From NCBI GenBank assembly GCA_903911905.1, contig CAIWFK010000823.1, positions 1 through 20,582 of the forward strand: a stretch of 20,582 nt of DNA, read 5' to 3'. Position 1 is the first letter of the stretch, and each line of letters begins with the position of its first letter. Made by a program: the position numbers and the translations under genes. Positions 6,390 to 13,642 of this stretch are shown here, one piece after another. The notes below the pieces were generated by a model that searched no databases, had not been told where the DNA came from, and saw only the letters and a list, made by a program, of their open reading frames with translations. Source of the DNA: an uncultured Myxococcales bacterium (GTDB taxonomy: Bacteria; Myxococcota; Myxococcia; Myxococcales; Myxococcaceae).

Positions 6390-7864
6390 GGCAGGGCGAG
6401 TCGGTGCTGCAGCGTCGAATCTCGCTCGGCGAGATGCTCGACGGCGAGTCCTTCACCGAAGTGGTGAAGGGCTTCGTCGAGCTCTACCGCGTGGGCATCA
6501 AGGTGTTCGACGACAAGGGCGCGAAGCTCGCCGACATCAAGATCAACAACGGTGACTTCTGTGGCTACGTCTTCAGCTTTCCCGAAGGGCGTCGCCGCTG
6601 TACGGCCACCGTGGGCCGGGTGAAGGACGGCCCGGTCGCCACCACCCACGGTGCGCGGCTGCCGGTGCTCGAGAGCGACCTCGTACCGCAGGCCAGGGGC
6701 ATGGTGACCGTGCCCTGCTTTACCGGGCTGCGGTACCTGATCATGCCCATTCTGTGGGAAGGCGACACCATGGGCCGGGTGGTGTTCGGGCCCTTCACGC
6801 CCGAAGACCTGGTCGACTTCCCGCCGCGCTCGCTGACCGAGGTCACCGACGCCTTCGACGTCGGCAACGCGAAGACCCTGGTCGAGAAGGTGCGGCGCGC
6901 GCCCGAGAGCACCATCGCCCGCATCATGCTGCACTTCGGTCAGTTGATGCAGACCATGCTCTTCGCCGGTCAGAAGATGTTCCTGACCAGCCAGTTGCAC
7001 ATCGAGGCCACGCTCGAACAGAACCGCGAGCTCGAGGAACGCAACCGCAAGCTCGAGGACATGAACACCCGCCTCAAGGAACTCGACCGGCTCAAGAGCG
7101 CGTTCCTGGCCACGGTCAGTCACGAGCTGCGCACGCCGCTGACCAGCATCATCGGCTATTCGGAAATGCTGGCCGAGGGGCTGGCCGGCACGCTCAACGA
7201 CGAGCAGGTCGACTACGTGCGCACCATCATGGAAAAGGGCGAGACGCTGCTCAAGCTGATCAGCAGCATTCTCGACATCTCGCAGATCGAAGCCGGCAAG
7301 GTGCGGCTCAACTTCGAGCCGATGGACGCCATCGAGCTGGTGACCTCGTCGGTGAGCAGCTTGAAGCCGCAGGCGCACAAGAAGGGCGTGGTGCTCGAGG
7401 CCAGGGTGCCCTCGCGAGTCGCCCAGGTGAACGGCGACCGCGATCGCCTTCGCCAGGTCATCGTCAATCTGCTCGCCAACGCGGTGAAGTTCACGCCCAA
7501 GGCCGGTCGGGTCACCGTGACCTTGAGCGAGGTGGGGCACCAGCCCGACCTGAACGCCCAAGGCTACCGCATCATCGTCGAGGACTCGGGCGTGGGCATT
7601 CCCGCCGACCAGTTCGACAAGATCTTCCACAGCTTCTACCAGGTCGACTCGAGCTCGACGCGCGAGTACGGCGGCGCGGGCCTGGGGCTGGCCATCGTCA
7701 AGAGCTTCGTCGAAGGCCACGGCGGCGTGGTGCGGGTGGCCAGTGAAATGGGCCACGGCAGCCGCTTCACGCTGATTCTGCCGGTGGTGCCGTCGTTGCA
7801 GCCGCAGGTGCAGATCACCCCTCCGGTGACCGCGCTGCAGGCACCCGTCGACGACCGCTTCTAG
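6386..7864 (+). CDS. Cytoplasmic sensor histidine kinase: an N-terminal PocR-like sensory domain, a coiled coil, HisKA and HATPase_c. No TM segments and no receiver domain.
   Basis: The N-terminus 'VFDDKGAKLA...DFCGYVFSFPEGRRRC...VPCFTGLRYLIMPILWEGDTMGRVVFGPF' fits the PocR pattern (dxdG...FC...G..rC....ChaGl.d..pI...G..iG.....gp). The coiled coil is 'LEQNRELEERNRKLEDMNTRLKELDRLKSAFLA'. The H-box is 'VSHELRTPLTSIIGYSEML', followed by N, G1, F and G2 boxes. SD 'AAGGTGGAAG' lies upstream. The start overlaps the stop of the MglA-like gene. Confidence 0.88.
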   Translation: MRQGESVLQRRISLGEMLDGESFTEVVKGFVELYRVGIKVFDDKGAKLADIKINNGDFCGYVFSFPEGRRRCTATVGRVKDGPVATTHGARLPVLESDLVPQARGMVTVPCFTGLRYLIMPILWEGDTMGRVVFGPFTPEDLVDFPPRSLTEVTDAFDVGNAKTLVEKVRRAPESTIARIMLHFGQLMQTMLFAGQKMFLTSQLHIEATLEQNRELEERNRKLEDMNTRLKELDRLKSAFLATVSHELRTPLTSIIGYSEMLAEGLAGTLNDEQVDYVRTIMEKGETLLKLISSILDISQIEAGKVRLNFEPMDAIELVTSSVSSLKPQAHKKGVVLEARVPSRVAQVNGDRDRLRQVIVNLLANAVKFTPKAGRVTVTLSEVGHQPDLNAQGYRIIVEDSGVGIPADQFDKIFHSFYQVDSSSTREYGGAGLGLAIVKSFVEGHGGVVRVASEMGHGSRFTLILPVVPSLQPQVQITPPVTALQAPVDDRF

Positions 7865-7865
7865 G

Positions 7866-8564
7866 TCAGGCCAGCCCGACGAAGATGGTCTGCACGTCGT
7901 CGTCTTCGTCCATCTCGGCCAGGAAGTCGTCGACCTCGGCGCGCTTGGCCGGGTCGTCGAGCGTCACCGGGTTCTTCGCGCGCCAGACCAGCGCCGCGGT
8001 CTCGACCTTCCAGTGCGCGGCCTCGAGCGCCTTGCGGACCGCGTCGAGGTCGGTGGCCTCGGTGAAGAACCGGGTCGCGCCGTCTTCGCCAGCCTCGAGG
8101 TCCTGCGCGCCAGCTTCGATGGCTGCGGTCTCGGCGTCGGCGCCCGCGGGCGGCGTCGCTTCGATGGCGCCCAGCCGCGCAAAGTCCCACGAGATGGCGC
8201 CGGTGGCGGCGATCTGCCCCTTGCGGAAGAGCTGGCGCACGTTGGCCGCGGTGCGGGCGCGGCTCTCGGTCAGGCACTCGACGATGACCGGCACCTGGTG
8301 CGGCGCGAAGCCTTCGTAGGTGACCAGCTCGTAGTTGACCGCTTCGTCGAGCAGCCCCGCGCCCTTCTTGATGACGCGCTCGAGCGTGTCCTTCGTCATC
8401 TGCGCCTTCTTCGCCTGCTCGATGGCCAGGCGCAGGCGCGCGTTGCTCGACGGGTCGGCGCCGCCCTTCGCGGCCATGAGGAGTTCCTTGGCGGCCTTGC
8501 TCAGCAGCTTGCCCTTCGCTGCCGCGTTCGCCGTGCGACCCTTGTGCTTCCACTGTGCGCCCAT
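7866..8564 (-). CDS. YebC/PmpR-family (DUF28) transcriptional regulatory protein.
   Basis: The ORF was trimmed to the internal Met ('MGAQWKHKGRTANAAAKGKLLSKAAKEL...GGADPSSNARLRLAIEQAKKAQMTKDTLERVIKKG...YEGFAPHQVPVIVECLTESRARTAANVRQLF...DDDVQTIFVGL'). This gives colinear similarity to YebC along the whole length. The upstream 72 codons of the ORF are low-complexity and unlikely to be translated. Confidence 0.85.
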   Translation of the reverse strand: MGAQWKHKGRTANAAAKGKLLSKAAKELLMAAKGGADPSSNARLRLAIEQAKKAQMTKDTLERVIKKGAGLLDEAVNYELVTYEGFAPHQVPVIVECLTESRARTAANVRQLFRKGQIAATGAISWDFARLGAIEATPPAGADAETAAIEAGAQDLEAGEDGATRFFTEATDLDAVRKALEAAHWKVETAALVWRAKNPVTLDDPAKRAEVDDFLAEMDEDDDVQTIFVGLA

Positions 8565-8647
8565 GGCCGCCGCATAGCCGAAAACCGGCCCCGCCGTCGC
8601 GTCGCGCGCGCTCGAAAACGGCGTGGAGCTGCGGGCGTCGCAGCAGT

Positions 8648-8717
8648 GGTGGGGCGGCGTTTCGGGGGCCAACCGACGGTGCGGGGTCGGTGGGCCGTCA
8701 CACGAGCGGTGGGGCGC
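8648..8717. repeat. Phased GGTGGGG-type direct repeats in the divergent intergenic region. Three to four copies are spaced 30 bp apart, and two longer imperfect 33-bp copies are spaced 60 bp apart.
   Basis: GGTGGGGCGG at 8648, GGTGCGGGG at 8678, GGTGGGCC at 8689, GGTGGGGCGC at 8708. The extended copies are 'GGTGGGGCGGCGTTTCGGGGGCCAACCGACGG' and 'GGTGGGGCGCGGTCTCGGGCGCCAACGAAGCG'. Confidence 0.6.
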
Positions 8718-8801
8718 GGTCTCGGGCGCCAACGAAGCGCCCCGTCTTCTCGCGGGGCCTGTTCCGACCGACTGGAACACCAGGCCGTGCCCCCGTGTTG
8801 A

Positions 8802-11800
8802 GTGGAGGTTAAGGTCCCACTCGTGTTCGAGCCGTCCGTCCCGTCACCGCCACCCGAAGCTCCCCGACCTGCGCCCGCTTCGACTGCGGGTCGTGGGCTC
8901 GCGTTGCTCGACGAGGTGCGCGAAGCCCAGCGCCACTCGTTGCAGGCGCGTGGCGTGCTGCTGGGTCTGGCGGCGGCCGTCGCGTTGGTGCTGGCCGGCG
9001 CCTTCGTGGCTGGCGCGCTCTCGGTGCCGGTCGGTCGGGTGTTGTTGGTCGCCGGGCCCCTGGTCGGCGGTGCCCTCGCCGGGCTGCTGGGCGTGTGGTT
9101 GGTCTCACGGCGGGTCGGCGACGCCGAGCGCACCGCGCGACTGCTGGCGACCGAGCTGCCCGAGCTCAACCTCGACCTGTTGGCGGCGGTCGAATTGTCG
9201 AAGGCGCTCGGCACGCCCGACGACTTCTCACCCGACCTCGCGCGCGCCTTCCTCGCCGACGTCGACCGTCGTGCCGCCCGGCACCCGGTGGCCACGCTGG
9301 TCGACCCGCGCCCGGTTCGCACCGCCGCGCTCCTCTTCGGCGCCGTGCTGCTGGTGGGCGGTGGCCTGCTGATCTGGCGGGGGCCGGTCGCGCGCCAGGG
9401 CGTGGCGCTGGCCTTCGCCTCGGCCGACGAAGCGGTGCTGGCGCGCTCGCCCATCACCGGCGACTTCGAGCTGACCTACCACTACCCCGCGCACACTGGC
9501 CTCGAGGCGAAGACGGTGGCGGGCACTGGCGACATCGCCGCGCCCGCGGGCACCGAGGTGGTGGTCAAGACCCACGCCGACCGCGACGTCGACGCCGCCG
9601 CGCTCGTCATCAACGGCCAGCGCACGCCGATGGTGGTGACCGGCCGCGCGCTCGACGCGAAGTTCGTGCTCGAGACCTCGGGGCAGTACCACGTGGCCTT
9701 CCTCTCGGGCTCGCGGGTGCGCGCCGAGGGCCCCGACCTGACCATCACCGTCGGGGCCGACCAGGTTCCGCAGGTGCGCATCAGCTCGCCGGCCGACAAC
9801 GTCGAGCTCGACGCCAGCAAGCAACAGGTCGCCATCAACTACGAAGCGAGCGACGACTACGGGCTGACCGCGCTCGACCTGGTCTACCGCGCGTCGGGCG
9901 GTGCCGAGCAGCGCGTTCCGCTCAAGCCCGACGACGGTCGCACCACCCGCGGCAGCTACACGTGGGACGTCTCGGGCCTCTCGCTGCGGCCGGGTCAGAC
10001 GGTCAGCTACTTCCTCGAGGCCACCGACAACGACGCGGTCAAGGGCCCGAAGAAGGGCGTGTCGGGCACGCTGCAGCTCAAGCTCTACAGCGTCGAGGAG
10101 CATCGCCGCGAAGCGCTCAAGAAGACCGAAGCGCTCTGGGAACGACTCATCACCCACGTCGCCGACCGACTCGAGGGTGCCGACCGCGCCGCGCCCACCA
10201 CGCCCACCGCGGCGCTCGAGGGCAAGCCGGTCGACACCCGCGCCCAGCAACTGGGTGAAGACCTGGTGCAATTGGCGAAGGACCTCGACGAGGACCGCGA
10301 CCCGCCCGAAGAGCTCATCGGCGCCCTGCGCAACGTGTCGACCGAGCTGGCGCGCGACCAGTCGACCATCGCCGTCAACCGCCGCCTGCTGTTGCGCATG
10401 GCCGGGAAGGACGGCTCGAAGACCGAGCCCGAGCCGGCTCCCGCGCCCCGCACCGCCGAGGTGGGCCGCCGCCTGGCCGCCGCGCTGGCCCGCGACGCGG
10501 TGCACGGCGAAAAGAACGTGCTGTACCTGGAAGCGCTGCTCGACCGGCAGAAGATGGAGGCCATCAAGTCGCTGGCGAAGGAGCTCAAGGAAGACCGCCG
10601 CGAGCTGTCGAACCTGCTCGAGCAGTACGCGAAGACGAAGGACGAGAAGACCCAGTCGCAGTTGCTGCAGCAGATGGATCAACTCAAGGCCCGCATGCTC
10701 GAGCTGCAGCAGCGCATGGCCGAACTGGCGCGCGGCGTGCGCGACGACTTCATGAACGCCGAGGCCATGCAGCAGATGATGGAAGACGAGAACCTCGGCG
10801 GCTCGCTCGACGAGGTCGAGAAGCTCATTCGCGAAGGCAAGGCCGAAGAGGCCTTGAAGAAGATGCAGGAACTGTCGATGCAGATGGACGACTTCCTCGA
10901 CAAGCTCGACGACGCGGCCGACAAGGCCGACCAGCAGGCCGACCCCGAGCTGGTCGAGAAGTTCTCGAAGTTCCAGGAAGACCTCGAGCAGACCATCGCC
11001 TCACAGGAAGCCCTGAGCGAGAAGACCCGCGCCCTGCGCGACAAGTACCGCGACGCCCAGAAGGAACGCATCGCCAGGGAAGGCGCGCAGCTCAAGCGCG
11101 AGCTGGGGCAGCGGCTCGACGAACTCGACAAGAGCTGGAAGCAGCTCGACGCCGACCGCTACGGCGCGCGCTTCCAGGAGCACCGAGCGCAGGCCCAGCG
11201 CTCGCTCGAGAACACCCGCCAGGCGCTCGAGGCCAACGACTTCGACCTCGCTTCCGAATCGGCCGACCACCTCGAAGAGCAGACCCACCAGATGGCCGAG
11301 CAGGCCGACGAGCAGCGCCGCCTCGACGAGATGTTCCAGAACCCCAGCGACGTGCGCCGCGAATCGAAGCAACTGCGCGACCGGTTGACCCGCGACGCGA
11401 AGAAGGCCGACGAGGTGGCGCGCGCGCTGCGCGACCTCTTCCCCCAGCCGGGGCAGCAGCTGAGCGAGGCCGACCGCCAGCAGATGCAGGACTTGGCCCG
11501 TCAGCAAAAGGGGCTGCAGCAGAAGAGCCAGCAACTGGGCCAGCAGATGGACGAACTGGGCGAGCGCGCCCCCATCTTCGACGAAGACGCCCAGCAGCAG
11601 ATGCAGCAGGCCGGTCAGCGCATGGGCAACGCCCAGGAACGGCTCTCGGGGCGTGACCCCAGCCGCGGCTTCGGCGAGCAGCAGGGCGCGCTGCAGTCGC
11701 TCAAGGGCCTGCAGCAGTCGATGCAGCAGCAGGGCAAGAAGGGCGGCAAGGGCGGCATGCCGTTGCCGATGAAGGGCGCTCGTTCGGGCCACGGCCACCG

Positions 11801-11945
11801 CAACGAGAAGGTCGAGATTCCCGACGCCGACCCGAATGCCGCGCCCCGCGAGTTCCGCAAGGACGTGATGGACGCCATGAAGCAGGGCGCACCCGACCGC
11901 TACCGCGACCAGAACAAGAAGTACTACGAGGAGTTGGTCAAGTGA
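8802..11945 (+). CDS. Large membrane protein (1047 aa) with four parts: a Pro-rich N-terminus, three TM helices, a beta-rich extracytoplasmic region of about 250 aa, and a highly charged, Gln-rich coiled-coil region of about 600 aa ending in a Gly/Lys tail. Function unknown. The architecture is reminiscent of DUF4175-type proteins, but this is from memory and unverified.
   Basis: First start is GTG 8802, immediately after an in-frame TGA. An alternative GTG lies at 8823, downstream of GGAGG at 8804-8808. The TM segments are 'LLGLAAAVALVLAGAFVAGAL', 'VLLVAGPLVGGALAGLLGVWLV' and 'AALLFGAVLLVGGGLLIW'. Long heptad-like, E/K/R/D/Q-rich sequence runs from about aa 430 to 1000 and includes repeated 'QQMQ' units. 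The C-terminus is 'GKKGGKGGMPLPMKG...KKYYEELVK'. Confidence 0.75.
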   Translation: MEVKVPLVFEPSVPSPPPEAPRPAPASTAGRGLALLDEVREAQRHSLQARGVLLGLAAAVALVLAGAFVAGALSVPVGRVLLVAGPLVGGALAGLLGVWLVSRRVGDAERTARLLATELPELNLDLLAAVELSKALGTPDDFSPDLARAFLADVDRRAARHPVATLVDPRPVRTAALLFGAVLLVGGGLLIWRGPVARQGVALAFASADEAVLARSPITGDFELTYHYPAHTGLEAKTVAGTGDIAAPAGTEVVVKTHADRDVDAAALVINGQRTPMVVTGRALDAKFVLETSGQYHVAFLSGSRVRAEGPDLTITVGADQVPQVRISSPADNVELDASKQQVAINYEASDDYGLTALDLVYRASGGAEQRVPLKPDDGRTTRGSYTWDVSGLSLRPGQTVSYFLEATDNDAVKGPKKGVSGTLQLKLYSVEEHRREALKKTEALWERLITHVADRLEGADRAAPTTPTAALEGKPVDTRAQQLGEDLVQLAKDLDEDRDPPEELIGALRNVSTELARDQSTIAVNRRLLLRMAGKDGSKTEPEPAPAPRTAEVGRRLAAALARDAVHGEKNVLYLEALLDRQKMEAIKSLAKELKEDRRELSNLLEQYAKTKDEKTQSQLLQQMDQLKARMLELQQRMAELARGVRDDFMNAEAMQQMMEDENLGGSLDEVEKLIREGKAEEALKKMQELSMQMDDFLDKLDDAADKADQQADPELVEKFSKFQEDLEQTIASQEALSEKTRALRDKYRDAQKERIAREGAQLKRELGQRLDELDKSWKQLDADRYGARFQEHRAQAQRSLENTRQALEANDFDLASESADHLEEQTHQMAEQADEQRRLDEMFQNPSDVRRESKQLRDRLTRDAKKADEVARALRDLFPQPGQQLSEADRQQMQDLARQQKGLQQKSQQLGQQMDELGERAPIFDEDAQQQMQQAGQRMGNAQERLSGRDPSRGFGEQQGALQSLKGLQQSMQQQGKKGGKGGMPLPMKGARSGHGHRNEKVEIPDADPNAAPREFRKDVMDAMKQGAPDRYRDQNKKYYEELVK

Positions 11946-13639
11946 GCGCCCTGCTGCTCGTCGTCGCCGTGCTCGCCGCCGAGCCTGCCCCCGAGGTCAA
12001 GGGTGAGGCCAAGGCCCGAATGCAGAACCTCGAGCAGGCGCTCAACGACTGGGACCTCGAGGGCGCGCGCGTCGAACTGGCCGAACTGGCGAAGCTGGCG
12101 CCGGCCGACTCGGCGCCGCTGGCCTATTTCGAGGGGCGGGTGGCCTTCGAAGAGGGGCGCTACGACGACGCCGTCGAGCGGCTGACCCGCGCCGGCATCA
12201 GCGACAAGACGGGCACCTGGCTCACCCTGGCGCAGCAGACGCGCGACGTGGTCGGCCACCACGAGCGAATCGAGAGCGAGCACTTCGTCTTCCTCTACGC
12301 GAAGGGCTCGAAGGACCAGGCGCTCGCCAACTGGGCGCTCGACGCGCTCGAGCACCAACGCGCCGCGCTCGAGAAGGACCTGGGCTACGTGCCGCCCGGC
12401 AAGATTCGCATCGAATTCGTGGGCAGCGCTGGAGAGCTCTCGAAGGTCTCGACGCTCTCGAAGGAAGCCATTCGCACCACCGGCACCATCGCCATCTGCA
12501 AGTTCAACAAGCTGATGGTCACCAGCCCTCGCGCCGTCATCATGGGCTACGACTGGCTCGACACGGTGGCGCACGAATACACGCACCTGGTCATCTCGAA
12601 GAAGAGCCACAACACCGTGCCCATCTGGATGCACGAGGGCCTGGCCAAGTACCTCGAGTCGCGCTGGCGCGGGCCGTACGGCGGCGCGATGACGCCTTCG
12701 ACCCTGGCGCTGCTGGGCAGCCGGGTGCGGGCCAATACCCTGGTGCCCTTCGAGAAGATGCACCCCTCGATGGCGCTGTTGCCCACCGCCGAAGACGCGG
12801 CCACCGCCTTCGCCGAGGTCTTCTTCGCCATCGAGCTCATTCACCAGCAGGGGCCCGATTCGCTCTCGCGGCTGCTCGACAAGATGGCCAGCGGCGTCAC
12901 CGACCGCGTCGCCGTCGAGGCCGTCACCACCCGCAAGTGGCCGGAGTTCGAAAAGGCGTGGATGGCGCACCTGCGCAAGCAACCCTTCCCCAGAGCGCTC
13001 ATTCCGCGCAGCTCGAACGAGAAGAAGGAGCTGGCCGAGCACCAGGGCGAGCAGGACAAGAAGAAGTCGCACCGCGAGGTGTCGTTCGGTGACTTCAAGG
13101 AAGTCACCGAGGTCGACGCCCGCCGCGACGCGCACCTGGGTGAGCTGTACCGTGAGCGACAGCGCATGGGTGCCGCCGCCGAGGCCTACGCCCGCGCGTG
13201 GAAGGTGGCCGGAGATAAGTACGAATCGGTCAGCAACAAGTACGCGCTGACGCTGCTGGAACTGAAGCGCTTCGACGAAGCCGAGAAGGTGCTCGAGGGC
13301 AGCCTCACCATGCACCCCGGCTCGGCCAGCACCAACGTGCACCTGGGCCGCATTCGCCTGCGCGCCAGGGCGTGGAAGCGCGCGACCCAGGCCTACCTCG
13401 ACGCGCTGGCGGTCAACCCCTTCGACCCCGAGGTCTTCGTCGCGCTCTACGCCGCGGCCTCGGCGTCGGGTGACCCGGCGCTCGCGGCCCGTGCGCTCGC
13501 GGGGGCCAGGCTGCTGCTCAAGCTCGACGACAAGCAGGTTGCCGAAGTGGCGCGTCGCTTCGTGCGCAACGAAGACCTCAGCGACGTCGACCTCTCGACC
13601 CCGGCCGCGACGTCTGCGCCCGCTCCCGACGCCGGCTGA
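11942..13639 (+). CDS. Signal-peptide-bearing TPR-repeat protein with a central HExxH zinc-metallopeptidase domain (peptidase MA-like).
   Basis: GTG start, overlapping the upstream stop (GTGA). SD GAGGAG lies 10 nt upstream. The N-terminal 'MSALLLVVAVLAAEPAP' is signal-like. 'VAHEYTHLV' is the HExxH motif. 'PIWMHEGLAKYLE' is the downstream Glu/ligand motif typical of peptidase-MA domains. TPR-like helices flank it at the N-terminus (LEGARVELAELAKLAP, FEGRVAFEEGRYDDAV) and the C-terminus (AEAYARAWKVAGDKYES...NKYALTLLELKRFDEAEKVL...QAYLDALAVNP). Confidence 0.75.
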   Translation: MSALLLVVAVLAAEPAPEVKGEAKARMQNLEQALNDWDLEGARVELAELAKLAPADSAPLAYFEGRVAFEEGRYDDAVERLTRAGISDKTGTWLTLAQQTRDVVGHHERIESEHFVFLYAKGSKDQALANWALDALEHQRAALEKDLGYVPPGKIRIEFVGSAGELSKVSTLSKEAIRTTGTIAICKFNKLMVTSPRAVIMGYDWLDTVAHEYTHLVISKKSHNTVPIWMHEGLAKYLESRWRGPYGGAMTPSTLALLGSRVRANTLVPFEKMHPSMALLPTAEDAATAFAEVFFAIELIHQQGPDSLSRLLDKMASGVTDRVAVEAVTTRKWPEFEKAWMAHLRKQPFPRALIPRSSNEKKELAEHQGEQDKKKSHREVSFGDFKEVTEVDARRDAHLGELYRERQRMGAAAEAYARAWKVAGDKYESVSNKYALTLLELKRFDEAEKVLEGSLTMHPGSASTNVHLGRIRLRARAWKRATQAYLDALAVNPFDPEVFVALYAAASASGDPALAARALAGARLLLKLDDKQVAEVARRFVRNEDLSDVDLSTPAATSAPAPDAG

Positions 13640-13642
13640 GCG

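Noticed and set aside
6242-7756. 504-aa minus-strand and 330-aa plus-strand ORFs across the PocR histidine kinase.
   Set aside because: Alternative frames of a gene with a textbook HisKA/HATPase_c translation; the Arg/Gly/His-rich products have no motifs.
8501-10755. ORFs 8501-9457(-), 8623-9372(+), 9095-10258(+), 9228-10682(-), 9901-10755(+), 10679-11131(-) and 11001-11798(-).
   Set aside because: All are embedded in or antisense to the 1047-aa membrane/coiled-coil gene or its upstream repeat region. The products are Arg/Pro/Ala homopolymer-like. Only the 8802-11945 frame shows TM helices, a structured domain and consistent GC3.
11924-13342. 472-aa minus-strand ORF.
   Set aside because: Antisense to the TPR/HExxH gene.
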